Assembly: GCA_965213675.1 (NCBI GenBank)
Contig: OZ243916.1
Location: 3,360,001 to 3,424,000, forward strand
DNA length: 64,000 nt
Direction of reading: 5' to 3'
Source: an uncultured Candidatus Binatia bacterium
Lineage (GTDB): Bacteria; Desulfobacterota; Binatia; UBA9968; JAJDTQ01
A program made the translations under genes and the position numbers. This document shows, one piece after another, positions 41,314-50,407 of this stretch. How positions within the stretch are numbered: position 1 is the first letter of the stretch; each line of letters begins with the position of its first letter. Below the pieces are notes generated by a model. It did not search any database. It was not told where the DNA came from and worked only from the letters and a program-made list of their open reading frames with translations.

Positions 41314-43230
41314 ATGACACCTCACGCCCGTGGCCAAGCCGCTACTCCCCCCGTCGAAGCCCCGCATGCACGGCCTCGTCTTCTCCGTCTCCTGACTTGT
41401 GCACTGCCTTACGCGCTGGCCGCGGTGTTGGCCTTTGCGGTTCTGTTGTCCTTCGGCCTTGGCCGGGAGGGCGGGGCCGCCAGGCTGCTGACGGGTCCGG
41501 ACGACTTCATGCGCGTGGTGCAGGTCCTCGACTGGATCGACGGACAGGGGTGGAACGACATGGTGCAGCGGCGGCTCAACCCGCCCGCCGGCGTGGACAT
41601 GCACTGGTCGCGCCTCGCCGACCTGCCTCTCGCGGCGGTCATCACGCTGGCCGAACCGTGGCTCGGCCGCGCTAGAGCGGTGGATCTTGCGGTTGTGGTG
41701 GCGCCACCCCTGCTCGGCGGCGTGCTGGTGGCGCTGTTCCTCTGGGCCGCCGTTCCCTTGATCCCGAACCAGGCAGGCGCATTCCCGGCCGCGGTGTTGA
41801 CAACGCCGGCTCTGGTCGTCCCCTTGCTGCAAACGCTGCCGGGGCGGGTGGACCATCACGGTTTGCAACTGGTGCTGACCGCCGCGGGCATCGGATTCCT
41901 GATGCGGTGCCTGCTGTCTCGAAGACCCTGGACGGCGGTGGGACTCGGGGTGACTGGCGGCGTGTCGCTGGCCGTGGGTCTCGAACCCCTGCCCTTCCTG
42001 GGAGCCGCCACCGTCATCCTGTGCCTTGCGTGGGTCTTGCGCAGCGGGTCTGCGGCCAAGGCGTTGACCTGCTTCGGCGCGGCCTTGGCGGCGACCTCCC
42101 TCGTCTTCCTGTTTCTCACTCTGCCTCCGGCCGCATGGGCGACCGTCGCCTGTGATCGCCTGTCTCTTCCCCACATCGCACTGGCCGGGACTGTCCTGGC
42201 GGCGGGCGCCGGCGCCCACGCGCTCGGGCGTCTGCGGCCCAAAGCGGGATGGCCCTTGCGGTTGGCCACGGTCGCGGCTGTGGGCATGGCCGGCCTCGCC
42301 TGGGTGGCCGGCGCCTATCCGCAGTGCGCGGGGAGTCCTCACTCCAGCTTTTCCCACGACATACGCTTCTGGCTCGATCACGTGGTCGAAGCGCGATCAC
42401 TTGTCGATCTCTTTCTGCAAGAACCGGGAACTGCCGTCGCCGCCGTCAGTCTGCCGCTCGCGGCGCTGGTTGCCGTGGGCTGGTCGTGGACGCGGGCGTC
42501 GGACCAGACGGACTCGCGGTGGCCCGGCATGGCCCTGCTGGTGCTGTCGGGCGTGGCGCTGGTTGCCTGGCAGAACCGGGGGGTAGCCTATGCCGGACTG
42601 GTGGCGAGCATCGCCCTGGTTCCGCTGGTGTCGGTAGTCAACGGACAGGTGGATGGTTTGGAAAGGGTGCTGGCGAGGATAGGGTTACGGATTTGTATTC
42701 CGCTGTTGTTGATGCTCGCCGTCGCTTTGCCGCCGCGACTGTTGCCGGGCTCGACCCGCGCGGCTGAGACGGGCAACAACCCTGAATGCGAGGTCCTGCC
42801 CGTGCTTCAAGCGCTCAACGATCCCGCGGGTTTGGGCGCCTCGGTACGGACGATTGCGGCGCCCATCGACGTGGGGCCGCGAATCCTGTTGTTCACGCCC
42901 CACAAGGTTCTGGCCGCATCCTATCATCGCAACGTCGAGGGGCTGACCCACAACCGCCGCATCTTCGCCGGCGCCGAGGATGAGGCGCTCGCCACCATAA
43001 AGGCGCGCGGCGTCGATGCGATCCTGTTCTGCTCCAGGAACAAGGCCGGGCCGGGTTACAAGGGCCAGCCAGTCTTCCTCGACGACCGGCTTGCCTCCGG
43101 GAATCCGCCCTGGTGGCTCCTCCCCGTCACGGCCCGGGATGGAACGGCGCTGTATCGGGTTCATCCGGACGTTATTCAGGCAGGTTCGGGTTCCGCCGCG
43201 AGGCTGTGGATGCCGAGCCGGTGGCGATGA
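41314..43230 (+). CDS. Multi-TM GT-C-fold glycosyltransferase-like protein
   Basis: DDFMR, MHWSRLAD, DHH, many TM segments and a soluble C-terminal domain (YHRN). Confidence 0.6.
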   Translation: MTPHARGQAATPPVEAPHARPRLLRLLTCALPYALAAVLAFAVLLSFGLGREGGAARLLTGPDDFMRVVQVLDWIDGQGWNDMVQRRLNPPAGVDMHWSRLADLPLAAVITLAEPWLGRARAVDLAVVVAPPLLGGVLVALFLWAAVPLIPNQAGAFPAAVLTTPALVVPLLQTLPGRVDHHGLQLVLTAAGIGFLMRCLLSRRPWTAVGLGVTGGVSLAVGLEPLPFLGAATVILCLAWVLRSGSAAKALTCFGAALAATSLVFLFLTLPPAAWATVACDRLSLPHIALAGTVLAAGAGAHALGRLRPKAGWPLRLATVAAVGMAGLAWVAGAYPQCAGSPHSSFSHDIRFWLDHVVEARSLVDLFLQEPGTAVAAVSLPLAALVAVGWSWTRASDQTDSRWPGMALLVLSGVALVAWQNRGVAYAGLVASIALVPLVSVVNGQVDGLERVLARIGLRICIPLLLMLAVALPPRLLPGSTRAAETGNNPECEVLPVLQALNDPAGLGASVRTIAAPIDVGPRILLFTPHKVLAASYHRNVEGLTHNRRIFAGAEDEALATIKARGVDAILFCSRNKAGPGYKGQPVFLDDRLASGNPPWWLLPVTARDGTALYRVHPDVIQAGSGSAARLWMPSRWR

Positions 43231-44248
43231 TCGACGGTACGTTGGACGCGGACGTGACAGTGGAGTTGGAGGACGCCGCCAAACGCTCCTTGAGAGTCCG
43301 GAACCTGGCTTCATCCAGCCCAGTGGCCGACTCGATCACGTCCCAGGCCACTCCGACCTTCAAAAAGCCCTCCACCGTTTCGACCTTGCCGTGTCGGACG
43401 CCCTGTTGAATGCCCTCTCGAATGCCGCGCTGCATTCCTTCTTTGAGGCCTTGAGCTTTGCCTTCCTCTCGGCCTTCCGCGAGAAGTTCGTGAGCATATG
43501 CCATGGTGTCTCCTTCCTGGCCGCTTTCACGCCGCTTCAGCGCCGTGGTGAAGGTCTCCCACGTCGCGCGGTCCTGTGTTGCCATCACATATAGAACGAA
43601 TAACCCAAATGGGCTTCCCGCGCCACCCGATCCCAGCGACGCCAGCAGCCCCGCAGCCCCTTCCAATGCCGCCCGAGCATGCCTTCCGGCCGCAGCCATC
43701 ATCAACAATTGCGCGATGCGGCCCGCGACCCCGCCTTCCACGCTTTCGGGCTCCAGCTCCGTCTGGTCCATCAGCACGTGCTCGAACCGGGGCACCCACG
43801 GCCATCCCCGAACCTCCTCTCGGAACAGGTCCGCGAACTCCGTAGAATGTTGCCACCCCCGGCTCCCTTGGTACAACACCAACGGCAGGATGGGCGACAA
43901 TTTCGTGAGCCCGGGCTCGTCCCGCCGTTCCGCATCCCAGATGCGGCAACAATACTTCAGCAACCGGAACCGCATCCACGCATCGGGAGTCGATTGGTGC
44001 TCGAACAGCAGGTAGAACCGCACCGGGCGTACTTTGTCCCCATAGCCCGCCTCGAAGAGCAGATCGGTTTCGCTTTCCCGCAGGGCGTCGTCGATGAAGG
44101 TGCCGTCGATGAGCCGGAGGCTGTCCCAATGGACCTTGTCCGAGACGTCCCGTGGCAGGGCCGAGCGGAGCAGGTCGGCGGTTTCCTTGGCATCGGAGAA
44201 GACGGCGCGGAACAGCCGGTCATGGGGGTGTTCGATTTCTGCCGCCAT
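43172..44248 (-). CDS. Rpn family recombination-promoting nuclease / putative transposase
   Basis: HPHDRLFR, TDLLF, EHQS, PLVLY and C-terminal EG repeats. Confidence 0.9.
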   Translation of the reverse strand: MAAEIEHPHDRLFRAVFSDAKETADLLRSALPRDVSDKVHWDSLRLIDGTFIDDALRESETDLLFEAGYGDKVRPVRFYLLFEHQSTPDAWMRFRLLKYCCRIWDAERRDEPGLTKLSPILPLVLYQGSRGWQHSTEFADLFREEVRGWPWVPRFEHVLMDQTELEPESVEGGVAGRIAQLLMMAAAGRHARAALEGAAGLLASLGSGGAGSPFGLFVLYVMATQDRATWETFTTALKRRESGQEGDTMAYAHELLAEGREEGKAQGLKEGMQRGIREGIQQGVRHGKVETVEGFLKVGVAWDVIESATGLDEARFRTLKERLAASSNSTVTSASNVPSIIATGSASTASRRNPNLPE

Positions 44249-44812
44249 GCAGGACCCTCCCGGACGTGAACGAGAGTGACGGGGATTGGAACATCCCTGT
44301 CCTGTAGACAGGAATCGGCAGGGCGCGGCGGAACTTTAGGTTCATGTCCGGGCGAGTCGTCCAGCGGGTCTTGGCGGTTTCTCGACGTAGTCTGTGTCAA
44401 GACTTCACTTGAACGGGAAACGGCACGGCCAACTCTGCAGCACATTTGCGCCGGTTGCATCGTGGTGGCCACGTGAACTAACTTGAACTGTTCCTGATTC
44501 ATGCCTCCGCGACGCACGACATGTCTGCAGTAGGAGCGTCGGACTGGGCGGGGCGCCGCCACGGAGGGGGTCCGGGGAGGAGCGGTTCGGTTGCGGTCGA
44601 AAGCGCATTCGTAGTTGTGGCGTGGGTGGCCACGCTACCGCTCTGGTTGGCCCCTGCGGCCATTATCGCCGAGGCTTCCGAAACGCGTTTCAGCATGGCG
44701 CGATGGGCGTAGGGGTTACGCGGTGCGTAGAGTACTTCGTCTTGACAACGACAATCTCTCGCGAAATGTACAACGGGTGGCCAGGGTGGGGCAGCGCCTG
44801 CGGCGATTGCCC

Positions 44813-46663
44813 ATGCTGCTCGTGGTCGCGATTCTGACGGTGTTGTTACAAGTCTTGTTCGGTGGACTGAACCCTGAAGGACTGGCTCCTCATCAATACA
44901 TCAAGCAAAAGACGGGTGATATTTTCTCATGGCTACCCTTGGTGGAGGCATTCCTTGAAACTGGTCGTTGGAGTCCCTTTCTTCCGCTTCACAATGCCCC
45001 TTACGGTCTGGAAACACACCTGACCCGACCCTTTGCCGAGTTCGTGCGAGTCCTGGCTTTGCCGGTTGGATTGTTTCTGCCTCCGAAAGAGACGGCGTTG
45101 GTTGCGGGTATGGTGTCATCTCCAATACTTCAGGTTGTGACGGCCGTGTTGGTGGCTTGGGGGGCTAGCACCGTTCTTAGTTCGATGGGGGCAATGCTTG
45201 CAGCGGCGGCCTTTCTGATGAACACGAGGTCGACGTTCAGCGTTTACCAATACGATCATCACGGGTTGCACTTATGCCTGGAAGCCGCCGTGATCGTACT
45301 GTTGATGCGTCATGCCGTTGGGTTTGGACGAGCGGGATGGTTGGCGGCTGCAGCGGGCGCGGTGGCTGCCATCGGGATATGGGCGGGGACGGAGATGCTG
45401 CTCACCGCTTGTGCTGGCGGTCTCGCCTTGGGGCTTGCGTGGGTTCTTTGGGGCGGCCACCGGCGCGCTCAAGGACTATGGCGTTACACTTGTACACTGG
45501 CCGTCGTACTTGCCTGTTCCCTCGCTGTCGAGCATTCGCCGGAAGACTGGATGTCGGTGGAACTGGACCGCCTCTCAGGGGTGCATGTCTTGCTGGCGGC
45601 TCTGCTCGTCAGCTCGGCTGGTTCGGTTGCGTTGGCGCAACGGTTCTGGCCCCATCTTGGCGGCATCCTGCGTGGAATGGTGGCCACGTTTGCCGTGGTA
45701 TGCGCGGGGCTCAGTCTCTGGGCCATCGTCCCGGATTTCTTTCGTGGTCCCTACGCAGCCGTCGACGCATTGGTTCAGGAATCCTTGTGGGGCATCGTAG
45801 GAGAACGCCCCGCATGGTCGCTATTTGCTGCAACCCCCGCTCTTGCAGGCTACTACCTACTTCCGTTTCTCCTGGCGGCGGCGTGTGCGACTCAGGGTCT
45901 GCAGGGTGGGCGGGGCAAGCAGCGTGAGGCGTGGTTGATTATCCTGATCGCCATGGCGACTGGGCTTCTCGCAGCTTTTTGGAAGGCTCGACTCATTCGC
46001 CACTCTTTGCTGTTTATTGCCATTCCTCTCGGCGGGGCAGCGGCGTTGCTCGGGTTGCAGGTCTGGAACCGAATGCCCAGGGAGTTACGCCCCGCAGCAG
46101 GGTTTGCGGTCCTCGGCATCATACTTTCGCCGTATGTGGGCCTGGTCGTGGGGGATTTCGCCGTAAAAGCAGACAGTGTGGATCGCTTCTGGGAGTCTGT
46201 TTCGAATCAGGAAGCCTGCGATTGGAGATCGTTGGGCAGTGCAGTGGCCCGCATGCCGCAGTTGCGTGGGGGTACGATCGTGACCGAACCCCATCACGGC
46301 GCGGACCTCGCTTACCTTAGCGGCGTGGGAGTCGTCGCAACCGGTTGCCACTGCAACGGCGAGGGACTGACCGACGCACTCGCCATCTTCGTGTCGGCGC
46401 CCGATGCGGCCCGCACACTGGCTCAGAGGCGAGACGTCGAATTCATCATGCAGTGCCCTGCCGCACGCGGGGTACACGGGCACGACTGGTACATCGCGCG
46501 CTCAGGTCCGGACGGCCTGTACGCGCGCTTGGCACGGGGACGGCCGCCGGATTGGCTCATTCCGGTGCCGGTATCCGAAATCGGGGTGGAGGGTTTTGTT
46601 ATCCATCGTACGACTTTCACAGAGTCCACCCGTACGCGTGTATCGCCAGTGCCGGTGGAGTGA
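44813..46663 (+). CDS. Second multi-TM GT-C-like protein
   Basis: HNAPYG..HLTRP, YDHH, multi-TM, C-terminal PPDWL as in the paralog. Start uncertain. Confidence 0.55.
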   Translation: MLLVVAILTVLLQVLFGGLNPEGLAPHQYIKQKTGDIFSWLPLVEAFLETGRWSPFLPLHNAPYGLETHLTRPFAEFVRVLALPVGLFLPPKETALVAGMVSSPILQVVTAVLVAWGASTVLSSMGAMLAAAAFLMNTRSTFSVYQYDHHGLHLCLEAAVIVLLMRHAVGFGRAGWLAAAAGAVAAIGIWAGTEMLLTACAGGLALGLAWVLWGGHRRAQGLWRYTCTLAVVLACSLAVEHSPEDWMSVELDRLSGVHVLLAALLVSSAGSVALAQRFWPHLGGILRGMVATFAVVCAGLSLWAIVPDFFRGPYAAVDALVQESLWGIVGERPAWSLFAATPALAGYYLLPFLLAAACATQGLQGGRGKQREAWLIILIAMATGLLAAFWKARLIRHSLLFIAIPLGGAAALLGLQVWNRMPRELRPAAGFAVLGIILSPYVGLVVGDFAVKADSVDRFWESVSNQEACDWRSLGSAVARMPQLRGGTIVTEPHHGADLAYLSGVGVVATGCHCNGEGLTDALAIFVSAPDAARTLAQRRDVEFIMQCPAARGVHGHDWYIARSGPDGLYARLARGRPPDWLIPVPVSEIGVEGFVIHRTTFTESTRTRVSPVPVE

Positions 46664-46738
46664 GTCCCGCGTCCCGCTGGAGGCTGACTGGTAACCGACT
46701 GTTGCGGGCGTGCGGCCATCTATGTGGGAGGTCGGTCG

Positions 46739-47722
46739 TTACCCGGATTCGTGCATCCCGCCCCGGTCTCCACGCAAACGAGGATGAAGAGGGCGGTCGG
46801 GCTGTCGTTGTACGTCGTGCCGAAGAAACTCCATCAGCATCGGCGTGCCCAGCAGAATCGGGAGTCCCGCCAGCATGACGGTGCCGGCCGTGGCAGGTTC
46901 GTTTGTCGTCACCCATTGCCAAGATCCGAAGAGAACGCCGAACAGTACGGAGACGCTTCCAACAACCAGGAGCATGGACGGCAAGCCGAACCCACGCAAG
47001 AAGTAGCAGTACGTCAGGCGCTTCACCAGGTTCCGAAGAGACTTGAGGGCGAACGGCAACGCCAAACGCCACAAACGGACGCCGCTCAGGGCGTCCTTCA
47101 TGTAGATCGCATCCACTGGCACCTCGACTACCTTGGCCGTCAACATGCCCACGCGAAAGAGCAGATCGGTCTCGAAGAAATAGCCTTGGTCGATCCCTTG
47201 CCACGGCAGGCGGCCGACAATCTTCCGATGGATTGCGAGGAAGCCATTGGCAGGATCGAAGAGGTTCCAGTATCCCGTCGCGGGTTTGGAAAGGAAAGAA
47301 AGCGCCATGTTCGCAACCAGCCTTCGGGGCGGCATGGAACGGATGCAATCATCGAGGTTGATGAACCTGTTTCCCTTCACCATGTCGGCCTCTCCGCACG
47401 CGATGGGCGAAACCAGTTCGGGAACCCACTCGGGGTCGTGTTGCCCGTCGCCATCGAGCTTGACAATGATCTCCGCGCCAGTTTCGAACGCTGCGCGGAA
47501 GCCGGCCACGGTGGCACCACCGACTCCGAGATTTTGCTCATTGGAGATTACGCGAACCCTGGGATCCGCGACGTTTTCCCGCACCAACCGCCCAGTTCCC
47601 TCGGGACAGCAGTCGTCCACGACAAATATCCAGGAGACGAAATCGTCGAAACGGGACAGCAGATCGAGGATCGAGTTGCTGGTCCTGTAAGCTGGAATGA
47701 CAACTGCCACGGATGTGTGCAT
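46739..47722 (-). CDS. GT2 glycosyltransferase (DPM1-like)
   Basis: VIPAY, VDD, NLGVGGA, KLDGDGQ, KGNRF and FFETD. Confidence 0.9.
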   Translation of the reverse strand: MHTSVAVVIPAYRTSNSILDLLSRFDDFVSWIFVVDDCCPEGTGRLVRENVADPRVRVISNEQNLGVGGATVAGFRAAFETGAEIIVKLDGDGQHDPEWVPELVSPIACGEADMVKGNRFINLDDCIRSMPPRRLVANMALSFLSKPATGYWNLFDPANGFLAIHRKIVGRLPWQGIDQGYFFETDLLFRVGMLTAKVVEVPVDAIYMKDALSGVRLWRLALPFALKSLRNLVKRLTYCYFLRGFGLPSMLLVVGSVSVLFGVLFGSWQWVTTNEPATAGTVMLAGLPILLGTPMLMEFLRHDVQRQPDRPLHPRLRGDRGGMHESG

Positions 47723-47899
47723 GGCGCCTCAAGTCATACATCAGATCGCACAATATTGCCGACCGTGATGCATTTCAGGATATGGGGTTGGCGCAGCCTT
47801 GACCGGAGCGATAAACTCCGGGACGTCAAAGGACAGCGAGCACGGCCCACAGATAAGGGAAGTAACACAACGGCGAACCCGGGTACCAATGGCGTACGG

Positions 47900-50407
47900 A
47901 TGGACCGGACGATAGGCAAATTCGTGGCTACATTACAGCGATTGGCGTTGTGGGCTCAGGCATCCGAGGGGCGGCAGGGGCGAGGGCTCGTCTTGCTCGT
48001 CCTCGTGGCGTATTTCCCCGCGTTTTCGGGCGGTTTCGTGTGGGATGACTGGATCCTGGTCACGGAGCCGCTTGTACGCCGTCTTGATGGGATTGTCTCC
48101 ATCTGGCTCTCCCCGGCGGAGGTCAGGCACGAAGGGCACTACTGGCCTGTCGTCTACACGAGCTTTTGGATTGAGCACAAGCTTTGGGGACTTCACCCTG
48201 CCGGGTACCACGCGGTCAACATTCTGTTGCACGCACTGACCTCGTTAATGATCTGGCGTCTGCTGGTCCGCTTGGCAGTTCCCGGCGCGTGGCTTGTGGC
48301 GGCGGTGTTCGCGGTTCACCCGGTGCACGTAGAGTCGGTGGCATGGATCATTGAGCGGAAGGATCTTCTCTCTGCTGTCTTCTATCTTGGAGGGGTCCAT
48401 GTATGGCTTCGGTTCACCGAGACGCGGGATCTGGCACGGTACCTTCTCTGCTTGGTGCTTTTCGTAGCGGCGTTGCTCTCGAAGTCCATCGCGGTAACCC
48501 TGCCTGCTGCCCTTGTGTTGATTCAGTGGTGGCGGGCGGGGCGCGTTACGTGGCGCGATGCCAAGTGCTTGGCACCGCTGTTCGCAGTCGCACTGGCCAT
48601 CACACTCACCGATATCGCCTTCTATCGCGATCAGGTCGACTCCAGCTTCGATTACACGTGGGTGGAGCGCGTTCTGATAGCGACCCGTGCCCTGTGGGGC
48701 TACGCTTGGAAGCTGGTGTGGCCGGTGTCTTTGCCCGTGTTCTATCCCCGGTGGGAGGTGTACGCGAGCGATGTACCCGGTTGGCTCGGGCTTGCCTTGC
48801 TGGTCACCATTGGGGTGTCGCTGTGGATTGCGCGGCATCGGATAGGGCGCGGGCCTTTCGCCGGTGCGCTCTTTTTCGTCGTAACCCTCTCGCCGGTCCT
48901 GGGGTTCGTGGATTTCAGGTTCATGGACATCGCCTTCGTTGCGGACCGCTTCCAGTACTTGGCGAGCATCGGTCCAATCGCCGTCCTGCTGGCCGTCGCA
49001 GTCTACCGGGTGGCTCAACTCGCCCCGATGGGCCGCATGGGAATGGCGGCGGCCGCCGTGGCCGTCGTCGTGGCGTTAAGCACTCTCACATGGCGTCAAT
49101 CCGGGATATACCGCGACGACCTCACGTTCGCGCGTCATGCCGTGAAGCTCAATCCGCAACACCACTTCGGACAGATATTGCTGGGCTACGCGCTGGCCTC
49201 CGAGGGGCGGCACGAGCGCGCTCTTGACGCGGCTAGGCGGGCAGTGGAGCTGTCGAAGGGTTTGAGAGGGATTGATTCGGCTGCGGCACATTTCGCGCTA
49301 GGGCGTATCTGGTTGGCCCAGGATCATCCTGTCCGGGCGGAGGCAGAACTTAGGCAGGCCTTGGCGCTGTCGATTCGCAACCGCCGACACGCCGTTCAAC
49401 TCGCGCTTGCGCGGTCGTTGGCCGTCCAAGCGCGCTACGAGGAGGCTTGGGCGCATTTCCGGGAACTCCGCATGGACGATCCCCGTAACGATTTGGCTCA
49501 CTCTGATGAGGGCCGTGCATTTCTCAAGGCCGGTCTCTGGGACGCGGCGGTCGAGTCGTTTGATCGCGCGATTGCTGTTGTGCGCGGCCCCGACGCCGAG
49601 CCCGGCCTGAATGCACTGGCGGGTGAGGCACTGCACAAGCTGGGTCGTCTGGACGCGGCGGCAGGGCGTTTTGGGGTAGCCCTCGCGTCAAGACCTGGTC
49701 ACATAAGATTCCTCCTCGCGCGTGCGGACCTGGAATCTGACCGACGCCGTGCGCGAGACCCGTGGCCGGGCGATGACGATCTCCTCATGCCGCACGTCCC
49801 TGGTGCTCGCGTCGGTGCAACGGTGCCGGGAGCCGACACCTGGCTCTCCAAAGCAAGGGAGTCGTGCAACACGCTGATCGGGCGAGAGCCGGAACACCCC
49901 CTCGTCCGAGTTTTACTAGGGGCGGTTTTGCTCCGAATGGGAGAATACGAGGCGGCGGAGGCGGCACTCGCCAAGGCTTTTTCGCTCGCCCCTGGCCGCC
50001 CGGTGGCTCGGGAAGCCCACCGTATTATGGGCGAGGTTCGCGAGAAGCAGAGACGGACGGAAGAAGCGGCGAGCCACTATCAAAAGGCGCTCGACATCTA
50101 TCCCTTGGACGCGGAGGCGCTAGAGCGTTTGGCGGCTTTGCGGTTCGTCCAGGGGCGCTATCAAGACGCCTTGCCTCTGTTTCATCAACTCGTCAAGGTC
50201 ATTCCTTTCGTGGCGCAGGCGCACTTCCAACTCGGCTTGACCTTGCGTCATTTGGGCCAGTTCTCAGAGGCTCTTCCAGTCCTGAAACGTGCTCTGGAAT
50301 TGGCAACCGGACTGGAGTCGGCGCGAAGCCTGGAGGCACGAATACGCGAGACGCTGGCGTCGACGGCTGACGCGGCTGGCGGTCCTCGGAACGAGCCGAG
50401 TTTCTGA
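47900..50407 (+). CDS. TMTC-like membrane glycosyltransferase with TPR repeats
   Basis: FVWDD, YHAVN..LH, HPVHVESVAWI.ERKD, LLSK, ADRFQY and C-terminal TPRs. Confidence 0.82.
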   Translation: MDRTIGKFVATLQRLALWAQASEGRQGRGLVLLVLVAYFPAFSGGFVWDDWILVTEPLVRRLDGIVSIWLSPAEVRHEGHYWPVVYTSFWIEHKLWGLHPAGYHAVNILLHALTSLMIWRLLVRLAVPGAWLVAAVFAVHPVHVESVAWIIERKDLLSAVFYLGGVHVWLRFTETRDLARYLLCLVLFVAALLSKSIAVTLPAALVLIQWWRAGRVTWRDAKCLAPLFAVALAITLTDIAFYRDQVDSSFDYTWVERVLIATRALWGYAWKLVWPVSLPVFYPRWEVYASDVPGWLGLALLVTIGVSLWIARHRIGRGPFAGALFFVVTLSPVLGFVDFRFMDIAFVADRFQYLASIGPIAVLLAVAVYRVAQLAPMGRMGMAAAAVAVVVALSTLTWRQSGIYRDDLTFARHAVKLNPQHHFGQILLGYALASEGRHERALDAARRAVELSKGLRGIDSAAAHFALGRIWLAQDHPVRAEAELRQALALSIRNRRHAVQLALARSLAVQARYEEAWAHFRELRMDDPRNDLAHSDEGRAFLKAGLWDAAVESFDRAIAVVRGPDAEPGLNALAGEALHKLGRLDAAAGRFGVALASRPGHIRFLLARADLESDRRRARDPWPGDDDLLMPHVPGARVGATVPGADTWLSKARESCNTLIGREPEHPLVRVLLGAVLLRMGEYEAAEAALAKAFSLAPGRPVAREAHRIMGEVREKQRRTEEAASHYQKALDIYPLDAEALERLAALRFVQGRYQDALPLFHQLVKVIPFVAQAHFQLGLTLRHLGQFSEALPVLKRALELATGLESARSLEARIRETLASTADAAGGPRNEPSF

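Noticed and set aside
46724-47899. N-terminal ~390 aa of the 1227-aa ORF
   Set aside because: It is the antisense shadow of the GT2 gene. Comparison with the paralog puts the real start near 47900.
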